In this document: positions 36,486 through 46,880 of the stretch, one piece after another
How the letters are laid out: every line of letters starts with the position of its first letter
Position numbering within the stretch: the first letter of the stretch is position 1
Source of the DNA: Oceanispirochaeta sp.
GTDB lineage: Bacteria; Spirochaetota; Spirochaetia; DSM-2461
DNA: 64,000 nt
Assembly: GCA_963666275.2 (NCBI GenBank)
Contig: CAXXOA010000002.1
Span: 1,504,001-1,568,000, forward strand
Direction of reading: 5' to 3'
The notes under the pieces: model-generated
Told to the model about the DNA's origin: nothing
The model's database searches: none
Seen by the model: only the letters and a program-made list of their open reading frames with translations
Program-made: the position numbers and the translations under genes

Positions 36486-39400
36486 ATGACCACATTTAAT
36501 GCGGCGGATATTATTGTTCTTGCCATAGTCGCGATTGTTCTTTTTCTGTATCGGCAGATGGACAAGAATAACCGTTCCCTGGAGAAAGTCAGAAAATATG
36601 CTGACAAAGTCCGGGCGGATCTGGATAAACTGACCAAAGAGAAAAAAACGGAGATACATGATCTCAACATAGATATTGAACTCCAGGAAAAGACAAACCG
36701 GGAGATCCTTAAAAGGATTCAGACCGCCAACAGCGAAGCTCTTCAGCATTCGGAAGAACTGGAAGCTCTCAGAAATCAGCTGGATAAGGCTTCCGGGCGG
36801 CTCAGCGATCTTGATGAACTTACAAGAAATGTGGATGAAAACCTTCAGAGGATCCGCAAGGAATCGGAGTATGTCGATTCCGTGGGGCTCCGTCTCAATG
36901 ATCTTCTGCAGAGGACCGAGGAGCTGAAGGGCGGTATGGGAGAGCTTGTCGGAGCTTTCCGGCAGGAAAATGATAAAAGCCTGACCGAACTGAAGGATGC
37001 TTTCAGCGGTCAGATGACCGAAGAGTATCAGCGGTTCGGCAGAGAATATGCGGAACTCCAGGGACAGCTGGAGAGTTTTCAGACCTCCCTGTATGATCTT
37101 GTTCAGGCCCGGGACCGGGTGGCTGAGGAAAAAATGGCCTCTTTTCAGGGGCAGCTGTCGGAAGTGGAAAAATCTTTCAATATCCGTATTGAGAAAACGG
37201 CCCAGGAGGCGGTGGCTCTGGAGTCTACAGTTTTCGATGAGCTGAAAGAGGTCCTTTCCGGTCATAGGGACTCTCTGGAATCCAAATGGTCCGGGACCGT
37301 GGAAGATCTCAACGGAGATATCCGCACAACCAGAGAGGGGCTTGAGGATGAGATGACCTCTCTGAAAGAGGAAATGGATCGTCTTTCCTCTCATCTGAAT
37401 CAGTCTACAGGAGAGCAGGACAGGGTTCTCGGCTCCATGAAAGAGGAGCTTGAAGTGATGCTTCAGGCTTTCACCTCTACACGGAATAATATGACCCGCA
37501 TCAAAGATGAGGTGGAACAGAATCTTGATAAAATGGATGCCCGTGTTACAGCCCATCAGAAAGATGTTGAGACCCGTCTGGATGAGTTTTCGGGTTCCTT
37601 TACGGAAAAAATCGGAGAGACTGCCGAGACACTGCAGCTGGATTCTCTGAAAGCCATAGAAATGAAGCTCAAAGAGTATGAAAGCGGTTTTTACCCCCGG
37701 TTTGACAGGCTGGAGCAGTTTATGACTGACCTGGATGATCTGGAAGGGTCACTCCGTCAGAGTCTGGATGAAGTTAAATCCGGTGTTCTGGAAGAGTTTG
37801 CCCGGTTCGACAGACAGATGCAGGAACAGCGCTCAGACGAAGAGAAAGAGACCGAGGAGAGAGCAGAGAAACTCCGACAGGCCATGAAAGAGCTGGAACA
37901 GGGGCTGGATGATCTTAAAAGCCGTGCCTACGACAATGTTTCCGAGCAGCTCCAGGTCTTTGAGGATGATTTTTTCTCGGATCTGAAAAAACGGGATGAT
38001 TCCATCCAGAAAAATCTGAAAGAGTGGCAGGACAGCCTGTCTCTGCAGATTTCCGAAATGGCGGACCAGCAGGTCCGGGACCGGGACGAAGTGGAGCGGT
38101 CCTATACAGCGGAAATGAATAAACGGATGGGAGAGGTTCAGACAAAGGTCTATCAGCAGCTTGAAAAATTCCAGAATCAGGTGGAAGCCTTCAGAGAGAC
38201 CCTTGAAACCGGTATGGCCGACGGGGCTGATATGGTGAAGTCCTATCAGGAGAATCTCTCGGGAGATGTGAGCCGGCTCAGGGATGAATCCATGGATTTT
38301 ATGACGGATATCCTTGAAAAGATGAAAAACCATCTTCAGGAACGTCTGGATACGACCCGGAAGGATTTCTCCCAGAATATGGAGTCTATGAATCTGGACT
38401 TTGAACAGGCCCGCAAGGATTTTCAGATGAGTCATGAATCCATACAGTCCGATGTGACAGCCTGGCAGAACCGGGTTCTTCAGCAGATGAAGGATCAGGA
38501 GGAGCAGGTCGCTGAGCAGTACTCGGATTTTAAAGAGGGTGTGAAGAGCGAGATTCAGGAACTCCGGGATGATTTCAAGTCCCAGAAAGAGGAACTGATC
38601 CTGTCTACCAATGAAGAGCGATCCGATCTGAAACAGGATCTGGCGAGCATCAGCGAAAAGGTTTATCAGCTTCAGAACGATCTGAAGGATAAAACCTCCC
38701 AGACTCTGGAGAAATTCAACAGCGATTATAATCTTTTTATTCTGGAGTTCCAGAAGAAGATGCGCGACTCCCAGGGCGATGCGGAGCTGAAAGTCCGTGA
38801 AATGAGACAGGGTGTGGCGGATGCCAGGGAAAAACTGGAGACATTTCAGAAAAAACTCTTTACCAGGATTGAGGATGATTCCCGTCATCTTGCGGATAAC
38901 CTGGATGAAATATCCCGTAAACAGCAGGACTTCATCGCTCAGACCCATGTATTTGAAAAGGCCGATCAGCTCAAAGAGGCTCTTACCAGGGATCTGGGAG
39001 ATCTTAAAACCGAGATTCAGAGGGTGGAAGCCAATATGGAGCGGCTCCACGAGTATCAGGACGGTTTTGAAAAAGTTCAGGATCAGTACAGGGATGTACT
39101 GGATCAGATCAACAGGTTCATGCAGGAAAAACAGAAGGTGGACGAACTGGAGGAGAAGATCTCCCGGATGGTCAGCCTTTCCAAATCTGTGGATCTCAAA
39201 CTGGATCAGGTTACCTCGCTTCATGAAATGCTGCAGCAGTATCAGCAGCGGGTCAAAGAACTGGAGGATCAGCATCATGCGATTGATGCCAGATTTGCCA
39301 GGATTGAAGCAAAAGCCAAACTGGTGGATCAGACCAGCGAAAGTGTCGACAAGTTTACCGCTGTCCTCGCTGATATGGAAGAAAGTCTCACCGGAATGAA

Positions 39401-39824
39401 AGGGGAGATTGAACCCCTTTCCGTTCAGATCTCCTCTCTGGAACACAGGGATCAGGTTCTGAGCGAAAACAGGGCGATCACAGACGCTGTCTATGAAAAG
39501 ATCAATAACCTGAAGGGTGTCCTGGAGGATCTGGATACCCGGACGGCAAAAATTGAAAAAGCCAGGGAGTGGATGGCCCGGACCGAAACCCGAATGGATG
39601 GTGTGATCAAACAGGCCCAGGATCAGGTGAAACTGATGGGGCGACTGGCAGAGAGAGACGGACGTCCCGATGCGGCCAGGGCCGGAGGCTCTCCGGATAT
39701 GGATACCAGAGAGACTGTTCTCCGTCTGGCCAGGATGGGATGGAAATCGGAAGATATCGCCAGGACCCTGAAACTGAGCCGCGGCGAGGTGGAGCTGATT
39801 CTGGAAATAACACCGAAAGGTTAA
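36486..39824 (+). CDS. Large membrane-anchored coiled-coil protein (SpiroCoCo-like) with C-terminal HTH-like tail
   Basis: N-terminal TM then YRQMDKNNRSLEKVRKYA; about 1000 aa E/K/Q/L heptad-rich; ends GWKSEDIARTLKLSRGEVELIL. Confidence 0.85.
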   Translation: MTTFNAADIIVLAIVAIVLFLYRQMDKNNRSLEKVRKYADKVRADLDKLTKEKKTEIHDLNIDIELQEKTNREILKRIQTANSEALQHSEELEALRNQLDKASGRLSDLDELTRNVDENLQRIRKESEYVDSVGLRLNDLLQRTEELKGGMGELVGAFRQENDKSLTELKDAFSGQMTEEYQRFGREYAELQGQLESFQTSLYDLVQARDRVAEEKMASFQGQLSEVEKSFNIRIEKTAQEAVALESTVFDELKEVLSGHRDSLESKWSGTVEDLNGDIRTTREGLEDEMTSLKEEMDRLSSHLNQSTGEQDRVLGSMKEELEVMLQAFTSTRNNMTRIKDEVEQNLDKMDARVTAHQKDVETRLDEFSGSFTEKIGETAETLQLDSLKAIEMKLKEYESGFYPRFDRLEQFMTDLDDLEGSLRQSLDEVKSGVLEEFARFDRQMQEQRSDEEKETEERAEKLRQAMKELEQGLDDLKSRAYDNVSEQLQVFEDDFFSDLKKRDDSIQKNLKEWQDSLSLQISEMADQQVRDRDEVERSYTAEMNKRMGEVQTKVYQQLEKFQNQVEAFRETLETGMADGADMVKSYQENLSGDVSRLRDESMDFMTDILEKMKNHLQERLDTTRKDFSQNMESMNLDFEQARKDFQMSHESIQSDVTAWQNRVLQQMKDQEEQVAEQYSDFKEGVKSEIQELRDDFKSQKEELILSTNEERSDLKQDLASISEKVYQLQNDLKDKTSQTLEKFNSDYNLFILEFQKKMRDSQGDAELKVREMRQGVADAREKLETFQKKLFTRIEDDSRHLADNLDEISRKQQDFIAQTHVFEKADQLKEALTRDLGDLKTEIQRVEANMERLHEYQDGFEKVQDQYRDVLDQINRFMQEKQKVDELEEKISRMVSLSKSVDLKLDQVTSLHEMLQQYQQRVKELEDQHHAIDARFARIEAKAKLVDQTSESVDKFTAVLADMEESLTGMKGEIEPLSVQISSLEHRDQVLSENRAITDAVYEKINNLKGVLEDLDTRTAKIEKAREWMARTETRMDGVIKQAQDQVKLMGRLAERDGRPDAARAGGSPDMDTRETVLRLARMGWKSEDIARTLKLSRGEVELILEITPKG

Positions 39825-39828
39825 AGGG

Positions 39829-40632
39829 GTGTTTTATCACGGGTATGTCTTTCAGACCATGCTGGCTGTAGCCGGTCCTCTGAATGACGGAGAGGTGCGC
39901 CGGACCAGAACGATGCAGCTGGTATACGGGATAAACAGATCTTTTAAAATCCGTCTGAATGACACCTGGCATACATCCCGCTGCTGTGTCCTGGACGCGG
40001 ATGTTCCCCATTATATCAATGGGGACGGGGACTGGCAGTTCAGTTTTCATATCTATCCGGATTCCCATACGGGACATCTGCTGAAGTCTACGGTTCTGAA
40101 AAATTCTCCGGTTTCCGTATTTTCCCACGACAGAACATCAGTGAAGCCTGCGGTTCTGCCCTCGGCGGTCCGTCCGGTCCTTCCATTTGACCTTATGGAG
40201 ATTTTTGAACAGATCATCTTTCTTTTTACTGGGAGACACCCCTGCGTGAGACCAGAGAATCCCTTTCTGAAAGAGATGAGGCAGCAGGTTGCCCGCCAGG
40301 AGATCATCAGTCTGGAGCTTCTGGCCCGCGATGCGGGGCTCTCTCCTGCAGATTTGAAGAGTGAGTTCAAAAGGGCCAGTGAATTCGATCTCGATACATG
40401 GCTTGTTCACAGACGGATGATCCGTTTTTTCCGAGCCCTCGATGAGAGAGAAACATTCCCTTCAGAGGACGAGCTTGTGAATCTTGTAAAAAATGCCGGG
40501 ATCGGGGGGCTTGATGCTTTAGACAGGCTGTTTAAGGATTTTTTCGGAATCCCCTACAGTAAATGGATCAACAGAAACGTGGGAACCGTCATTCTCTATG
40601 ACGAGAAGCTGGGATTCCCCTGTTTCATGTGA
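39829..40632 (+). CDS. Divergent AraC-like regulator
   Basis: Cupin-like N-terminus (DADVPH...FHIYPDS); SLELLARDAGLSPADLKSEFK and LDRLFKDFFGIP resemble the AraC double HTH. Confidence 0.55.
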   Translation: MFYHGYVFQTMLAVAGPLNDGEVRRTRTMQLVYGINRSFKIRLNDTWHTSRCCVLDADVPHYINGDGDWQFSFHIYPDSHTGHLLKSTVLKNSPVSVFSHDRTSVKPAVLPSAVRPVLPFDLMEIFEQIIFLFTGRHPCVRPENPFLKEMRQQVARQEIISLELLARDAGLSPADLKSEFKRASEFDLDTWLVHRRMIRFFRALDERETFPSEDELVNLVKNAGIGGLDALDRLFKDFFGIPYSKWINRNVGTVILYDEKLGFPCFM

Positions 40633-40638
40633 CTTTTT

Positions 40639-40953
40639 CTAGAGTTCTTCAGATTCTTCTGAATGTTCCTCTGCCTTTGATGACTCTTTTACCTTTTTTT
40701 CAAGGTTTTCCAGAGACTCCAGGGATTTCAGGCTCTGAGCCATAATGTCACCTGTGGCTGCGGACACCTCGAGCAGGTTCAGCAGGATTTTTTCCTGTTT
40801 CATCAGATCCTGATTCTGTTTTTCAAGAATCGAGATCCTTTCCGCCTGCTCTCTGAGAGCCTCTACAAGAGGGTTCATATATTCATTTTCCCCTTCCTCT
40901 TCGAGGACGAGAAGGGTGTTGATCTTTCCGTTTAAATATACATTTCTAATCAT
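40639..40953 (-). CDS. Small coiled-coil hypothetical protein
   Basis: 104 aa E/L/K-rich ORF filling the gap; promoter TTGTCT-17-TAGGAT upstream. Confidence 0.7.
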   Translation of the reverse strand: MIRNVYLNGKINTLLVLEEEGENEYMNPLVEALREQAERISILEKQNQDLMKQEKILLNLLEVSAATGDIMAQSLKSLESLENLEKKVKESSKAEEHSEESEEL

Positions 40954-41107
40954 TAATCAGATCCTAACAGGTCTGGTCCAGAAAGACAATCAACTTTTTC
41001 CGGTAAGAAGAAAAAATGGAAAAACATTTCTTGACGATAAATCAGTAAAATTATTATTTTTTAGTCAGTAAAAATAACTACAAGTAATATAACTGGAAGG
41101 TTTTTAA

Positions 41108-41755
41108 GTGGATAATTTATCAGGTGAAGAAACTGCAGAAGAATCGGTAGTAGAAGAAACCGTACAGAATGAAGCAGCGGAAAGCCGGGAAACCCCGTCA
41201 GGGGAGGAGATTCTTGATGAGCAGAACTCTGAAGAGGAAGAGCTTTCAGAGGAAGAGCTGTTGAAGCAGGAACTGGAAAATCTCAAGAATGAAAACAGTG
41301 AGCTGAAAAACCAGTACCTCAGAAAACATGCGGACTTTGAAAACTACAGAAAAAGAATGGCCCGGGAAAAAGCGGATTCTGTCAAATATGGCAATCAGGA
41401 GCTTCTGAAAGACCTGATCGAAATTATTGACAATTTTGACAGAGCCATTAAGTCTGCTGCGGATTCTCAGGATTTTGATGCTTTCCGTGATGGTATCGGC
41501 ATGATCGAGCAGCAGTTTACAGGAATGCTTCAAAGCAAATGGGGACTGGAAAAGATGGATTGTCAGGGAGCTGAGTATGACCCCAACTCGCACGAAGCCC
41601 TGATGATGGAAGAATCGGCGGATCTGGAAGTCCCCACTGTGCTGGAGGATTTTCAGGCTGGATACAGATTGCATGATCGGGTCCTGAGACCCGCTAAAGT
41701 AAAAGTGGGCAAACCGGCAGCTCCGGCAGCCACTGAATCAGCTAATAACGAATAG
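41108..41755 (+). CDS. grpE: Nucleotide exchange factor GrpE
   Basis: [33 protein letters not shown]. Confidence 0.97.
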   Translation: MDNLSGEETAEESVVEETVQNEAAESRETPSGEEILDEQNSEEEELSEEELLKQELENLKNENSELKNQYLRKHADFENYRKRMAREKADSVKYGNQELLKDLIEIIDNFDRAIKSAADSQDFDAFRDGIGMIEQQFTGMLQSKWGLEKMDCQGAEYDPNSHEALMMEESADLEVPTVLEDFQAGYRLHDRVLRPAKVKVGKPAAPAATESANNE

Positions 41756-41775
41756 AAAACAGAAGGAGAACTGTC

Positions 41776-43701
41776 ATGGGACGAATTATAGGAATAGACC
41801 TTGGAACAACTAACTCTTGTGTTGCCGTTATGGAAGGGGGAGAGCCTATCGTTATTCAGAACGAAGAAGGCCAGAGAACCACACCTTCCATGGTTGCATT
41901 TACCGATAAGGGAGACCGGCTTGTCGGCCAGCCTGCCAAGAACCAGATGGTCACCAATCCGGAAAACACCATCTACTCAATCAAAAGATTTATGGGAAGA
42001 CATTACAGCGAGGTCAGCGAAGAGCTCACAATGATTCCCTATCATGTTACAGAGGGGCCCAACGGCGATGTCCGTGTGGATGTGAGCGGCAAACATCAGT
42101 CTCCCCCCGAAATCTCTGCGGCTATCCTGCAGAAAATGAAAAAAACAGCCGAAGACTACCTGGGTGAATCCATTACCGAAGCTGTTATTACTGTCCCCGC
42201 CTATTTTAACGATGCGCAGAGACAGGCTACAAAAGATGCCGGTAGGATTGCCGGTCTCGATGTAAAGAGAATTGTAAACGAACCTACTGCTGCGGCACTG
42301 TCCTATGGTTTCGGTAAAGAAAACAAAGAGCAGAAAATTGCTGTCTATGACCTGGGGGGAGGTACATTCGATATCTCAATCCTGGATATGGCGGAAGGTG
42401 TTTTTGAAGTACGGTCTACCAATGGTGATACCCACCTGGGCGGAGACAACTTCGATCAGAAAATTATTGACTGGCTTGTGGGCGAGTTCAAAAAAGATCA
42501 GGGCATTGACCTTTCGCAGGACAGAATGGCTCTGCAGAGGTTGAAGGAAGCCGCGGAAAAAGCCAAGAAAGAGCTTTCCTCCACTCAGGCAACCGACATC
42601 AACCTGCCTTTTATTACAGCCGACGCTTCAGGTCCCAAACACCTGCAGTACAATCTGACCCGGGCCAAATTCGAGCAGATGACTTCCGATCTGGTGGAAA
42701 GGACAAAAATCCCCTGTCAGAAAGCTCTGAAAGATGCGGGATACACGGCAGCTGATATCGATGAGATTATCCTGGTCGGTGGTTCTACCCGTATTCCCGC
42801 TGTTCAGTCTCTGGTTAAGGAGCTTTTTCAGCAGGATCCCCACAAGGGTGTTAACCCCGATGAAGTTGTAGCCATGGGTGCTGCTATTCAGGGTGGTGTT
42901 CTCGGTGGTGATGTTAACGACATCCTTCTGCTGGATGTTACTCCTCTTTCTCTTGGTATTGAAACTCTGGGAGGAGTTTTTACCAAGCTGATCGAAAGGA
43001 ATACCACTATTCCTACAAAGAAAAGCCAGGTTTTCTCAACAGCGGCGGATAACCAGAATGCTGTTTCCATCCATGTTCTGCAGGGTGAAAGAGAGATGGC
43101 TTCCCAGAACAGAACTCTCGGTAAGTTCGACCTTGTGGGAATTCCTCCTGCTCCCCGGGGTGTTCCTCAGATTGAGGTTACCTTTGACATCGATGCCAAC
43201 GGTATCGTACATGTTTCCGCAAAAGATCTGGGAACAGGGAAAGAGCAGAAAATCAGAATCGAGTCTTCTTCTGGTCTGAGTGAGGATGAGATTGAGAAGA
43301 TGGTGCATGAAGCGGAAGCCAATGCGGATGCCGATAAAGCCGTCAGAGAGAAAGCGGAAGTCATGAATGAAGCAGATAACCTTATCTATTCCACAGAGAA
43401 GTCTCTGAAGGATTTCGGAGATAAAGTGTCTGCCGAAGATAAGAGTAAGATCGAATCTTCTGTTGAAGCTTTGAAAGAAGCTGTAAAGACTGATAATATC
43501 GAAGACATCAAAGCCAAAGTGGAAGAGGTGAAACAGGCCTCCTACAAACTGGCTGAAGAGATGTACAAATCTCAGGCAGCGGAACAGGGCGGACAGCCCG
43601 GTCCCGATATGGGCGGAGCCCAGGGTGCCGGAGAGGCTTCTTCTGCTGGTGAGAATGATGCAGAAGATGCAGACTACGAAGTTGTAGACGACGATAAATA
43701 A
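41776..43701 (+). CDS. dnaK: Chaperone DnaK
   Basis: [32 protein letters not shown]. Confidence 0.99.
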   Translation: MGRIIGIDLGTTNSCVAVMEGGEPIVIQNEEGQRTTPSMVAFTDKGDRLVGQPAKNQMVTNPENTIYSIKRFMGRHYSEVSEELTMIPYHVTEGPNGDVRVDVSGKHQSPPEISAAILQKMKKTAEDYLGESITEAVITVPAYFNDAQRQATKDAGRIAGLDVKRIVNEPTAAALSYGFGKENKEQKIAVYDLGGGTFDISILDMAEGVFEVRSTNGDTHLGGDNFDQKIIDWLVGEFKKDQGIDLSQDRMALQRLKEAAEKAKKELSSTQATDINLPFITADASGPKHLQYNLTRAKFEQMTSDLVERTKIPCQKALKDAGYTAADIDEIILVGGSTRIPAVQSLVKELFQQDPHKGVNPDEVVAMGAAIQGGVLGGDVNDILLLDVTPLSLGIETLGGVFTKLIERNTTIPTKKSQVFSTAADNQNAVSIHVLQGEREMASQNRTLGKFDLVGIPPAPRGVPQIEVTFDIDANGIVHVSAKDLGTGKEQKIRIESSSGLSEDEIEKMVHEAEANADADKAVREKAEVMNEADNLIYSTEKSLKDFGDKVSAEDKSKIESSVEALKEAVKTDNIEDIKAKVEEVKQASYKLAEEMYKSQAAEQGGQPGPDMGGAQGAGEASSAGENDAEDADYEVVDDDK

Positions 43702-43715
43702 GAGATACTAGAATT

Positions 43716-43744
43716 GAGATGCCCCCGTTTCCGGGGGTATTCTC
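43716..43744 (+). other. Intercistronic hairpin between dnaK and dnaJ (mRNA stabiliser or partial terminator)
   Basis: GAGATGCCCCCG-TTTC-CGGGGGTATTCTC. Confidence 0.55.
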
Positions 43745-43764
43745 GCTAAAGGAAGTGGAAATCC

Positions 43765-44892
43765 GTGTCAAAAAGGGATTATTACGAAGTTCTGGAGATA
43801 GAAAAAAACGCTACTCCCGATGAAATAAAAAAAGCATACAGAAAACTGGCGATTAAGTACCATCCGGACCGGAACCAGAATAGTACGGATGCGGAAGCGA
43901 AATTCAAGGAAGCTACCGAAGCTTACGAAGTTTTATCTGATTCTGAAAAGAAGCAGGCTTATGATCAGTATGGATTTGCCGGTGTGGACAACATGGGCGG
44001 TCCCGGATTTAATGCTTCCGCATTTTCCGGCTTTGAAGATATCTTCGGAGGAGACTTTTCCAATATTTTTGAATCCTTTTTCGGTGGCGGTATGGGCGGC
44101 AGCCGGGGCGGAGGCCGCAGAGGCGGTCCTGCCAGGGGAAGTGATCTGAGGTATGACCTGGAAGTCGATTTCAAGGATGCTGTCTACGGCGACAAAGTTG
44201 ATGTGGAGTTTTACAAGAATTCCAGCTGTGATGTCTGTCATGGCTCGGGTGCTTCGGCAGGGACTGAAACCAGAACCTGTCCCACCTGCGGCGGATCGGG
44301 ACAGGTCCGCAGAAGTTCAGGATTCTTTTCGATAGCCTCCCCCTGTTCCACCTGTCATGGGGAAGGTACCATTATTGAGAATCCCTGTACTGCCTGTCAC
44401 GGGAAAGGGGTCCAGAAAAAACGGCAGAAGCTGAAGGTCTCCATACCGGCAGGTATTGCTCCGGGAAAGAGAATCCGTCTGGACAGTCAGGGAGATGCGG
44501 GACCGAAAGGCGGACCTGCAGGAGATCTCTATGTGTACATTCACATTAAGGATCATGAGTCTTTTGAGAGAGACGGATATGATCTCTATTGTGCCATTCC
44601 CATCTCTTTTACCCAGGCGGCCCTGGGAGGAGAGATCTTTGTCAGAACTCTGGATGATAAAAAGATCAAACTGAAGATCCCCGCAGGGACTCAGACCGGC
44701 AAAGTCCTTCGAATAAGGAATGAAGGTGTACCGGTTCTGCATGGCTCGGGACGAAAAGGTGATCTGTACGTGAAGCTGCAGATTATGACTCCCAAAAAGC
44801 TGAGTTCCAAAGAGAAAGAGATCCTCAAGGACTTTTCCAAAGAGTATGGAGTGGAATCAGAACCGGAACCTATCCGGCTGAAAGATCTCTAG
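43765..44892 (+). CDS. dnaJ: Chaperone DnaJ
   Basis: J domain with HPD, G/F-rich region, four CxxCxGxG repeats. Confidence 0.99.
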   Translation: MSKRDYYEVLEIEKNATPDEIKKAYRKLAIKYHPDRNQNSTDAEAKFKEATEAYEVLSDSEKKQAYDQYGFAGVDNMGGPGFNASAFSGFEDIFGGDFSNIFESFFGGGMGGSRGGGRRGGPARGSDLRYDLEVDFKDAVYGDKVDVEFYKNSSCDVCHGSGASAGTETRTCPTCGGSGQVRRSSGFFSIASPCSTCHGEGTIIENPCTACHGKGVQKKRQKLKVSIPAGIAPGKRIRLDSQGDAGPKGGPAGDLYVYIHIKDHESFERDGYDLYCAIPISFTQAALGGEIFVRTLDDKKIKLKIPAGTQTGKVLRIRNEGVPVLHGSGRKGDLYVKLQIMTPKKLSSKEKEILKDFSKEYGVESEPEPIRLKDL

Positions 44893-44910
44893 AAAATCTT
44901 CAATCAGCAG

Positions 44911-44945
44911 ATCCCCCATCCTTCGGGTATGGGGGATTTTTTTTT
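44911..44945 (+). terminator. Intrinsic terminator after dnaJ
   Basis: ATCCCCCATCC-TTCG-GGTATGGGGGAT then T-tract. Confidence 0.85.
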
Positions 44946-44988
44946 CTATCCCCGTGGAATCCTTAAGTAAACATGCTATAGTTGGACC

Positions 44989-46833
44989 ATGCCGAAAGCT
45001 CCCGAAGAAATCGGAAAATATAAAATTTTATCCTGTCTGGGGACCGGAGGAACCAGCACTGTCTACAGTGCTACTCATCCGACTCTGAAGAGAAAAGTTG
45101 TTCTTAAAAAGCTGAATCTCCGGGGAAAGCGTCTGTACTATGAACGGTTCCGTCAGGAAGCCGCTCTTATGATGGATCTCAATCATGATAATATCGTCAG
45201 GGTTTTTGACCATTTTAAAGAGGGCAGTAAGCATTATATTGTCATGGAATTTGTCGAAGGCTGTTCCCTTGATGAAATCCTGAAAAAGGGCGGTGCTCTC
45301 CCTGCAGGGACCTGCCGTCTCATCCTTGTCAGCTGCTGCCGGGCTCTGGAATATATTCACTCCAGGAACATCATTCACAGAGATATCAAACCCTCCAATA
45401 TTTTTATATCCCGCGATGGGAGTGTCAAACTGGGAGATTTCGGGATCGCTCAGCTGGAAGATGTCAACGAAGAGAGCGGAGATTTCTTTCCCGTTGGGAC
45501 CCCCTCTTATATGGCTCCCGAGCAGTTTCTGCCCCGGGCGAAAATCACAAGACGAACCGATATCTATGCCCTTGCGGTCACCCTGTACGAAATGCTATCA
45601 GGAGAGAAGCTGTTTGACGGCGACTCCCTGGAGGAGTTGAAAAAAAAGATCCTCCGCTCCCGGCATGTCTCTCTTCTGCCCTTTCTCTTTTCAAAGGGAT
45701 TTCCTCTCTTCTGGATTATGCGCAAAGGATCTTTCAGGAATCAGGGCTTCCGGTTTTCCACTGTGAAACCGGTTCTCCGGCTGTTGAAACTGGCGGCCCC
45801 GAAAACGGGTGATGCCGCGGCCAGAGAAATCCTGCTGTTTCTGGTGGAATCAGTGGCGGGGAGTCCTAAAGGGGAGGGGAAAAGATCCGATCAGATTGCC
45901 AAGGTTTCACCGTCTCCCGGTCAGAAAAGGGCCTGGAAGAGAATCCTGATCCTGATCGGGATCCTCGCAGCGGCGGGAGGAGTTCTGTACGGCTCACTCC
46001 AGACGGGTGATTTCTACAGACTCTTTATGAAGAATTCCCGGGGGGAACTGAAAATTACTGTCAGCTCGGCGGAAGAGGATTTTTTTCAGGCGGGGGATTT
46101 CAATCTTTACAGAGACAGGGCCCGTTTTCTGGAGCATCTGGGGACCTACGGCATGACTGACGATGCCGTGCGGGGAGGCTCTCTGTTTCTGGAGGCCGGA
46201 AATTACAGGCTGATGACCCGCTGGGGAAGTCAGGTTGAGTGGAATCTTTTTTATCTTCCCCCCCTGTCCGAACTGGAGGATGGATTTGTTCTGGATCTCA
46301 AAAGCCCTTCGGTCCCCCGGAAGGCTCTGCAGGTTTCCCTGGACGTGGTAGACTCCTATACCGGTCGGGATCTGCAGGACCAGACCGAGCTGGCTGTTTA
46401 TTACAATGATCAGTGGGTGGAATCGGCCCGAGTCTCTCTGCAGACCGGAAATGCCTACCGGTTCAGGATTCAGTGTCCCGGCTACTACCCCCGGTATATG
46501 AATGTGCCTCTGCAGTTTTATCAGGATCATCTTAAGCTTGGGGTTCAGCTGATTCCTCTGGCGGCGGAACTGTCGGTTCTCTCGGAAGTTGAGGGTCTCT
46601 CTCTGAAAGTCAACGGAAAGACGTCTTTAATGGGCGGGGGGGAAGATCCTGAAAAACTCCGTTTCGGAAAGCTCGGGCCGGAAGAAGAGGTCTGGGAACT
46701 TGTTCCCGGAGAGTATATGATCATCATCTCTGACGGGGAGAGGCAGCTGGTGAGGTCTCTTATTCTGCAGAGCGGTGACGAAGCGGCTCTCCGGATCGTC
46801 GACAGGGAGGGAGTCCTTGCTGTTGAAGAGTAA
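44989..46833 (+). CDS. Hanks-type Ser/Thr protein kinase with TM and extracytoplasmic beta-rich (PEGA-like) region
   Basis: LGTGGTSTV, VVLKK, HRDIKPSN, DFG, GTPSYMAPE; TM ILILIGILAAAGGVLY. Confidence 0.92.
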   Translation: MPKAPEEIGKYKILSCLGTGGTSTVYSATHPTLKRKVVLKKLNLRGKRLYYERFRQEAALMMDLNHDNIVRVFDHFKEGSKHYIVMEFVEGCSLDEILKKGGALPAGTCRLILVSCCRALEYIHSRNIIHRDIKPSNIFISRDGSVKLGDFGIAQLEDVNEESGDFFPVGTPSYMAPEQFLPRAKITRRTDIYALAVTLYEMLSGEKLFDGDSLEELKKKILRSRHVSLLPFLFSKGFPLFWIMRKGSFRNQGFRFSTVKPVLRLLKLAAPKTGDAAAREILLFLVESVAGSPKGEGKRSDQIAKVSPSPGQKRAWKRILILIGILAAAGGVLYGSLQTGDFYRLFMKNSRGELKITVSSAEEDFFQAGDFNLYRDRARFLEHLGTYGMTDDAVRGGSLFLEAGNYRLMTRWGSQVEWNLFYLPPLSELEDGFVLDLKSPSVPRKALQVSLDVVDSYTGRDLQDQTELAVYYNDQWVESARVSLQTGNAYRFRIQCPGYYPRYMNVPLQFYQDHLKLGVQLIPLAAELSVLSEVEGLSLKVNGKTSLMGGGEDPEKLRFGKLGPEEEVWELVPGEYMIIISDGERQLVRSLILQSGDEAALRIVDREGVLAVEE

Positions 46834-46880
46834 AAGCTGCACTGCCTCCGGTATCTCGCATTTCAGAAAAGGAAAGAATC

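Noticed and set aside
35787..39446. Long minus-strand ORFs (589 aa and 537 aa)
   Set aside because: Antisense to well-supported HAD and coiled-coil genes; no motifs; F/L/I-rich composition typical of codon-bias shadows
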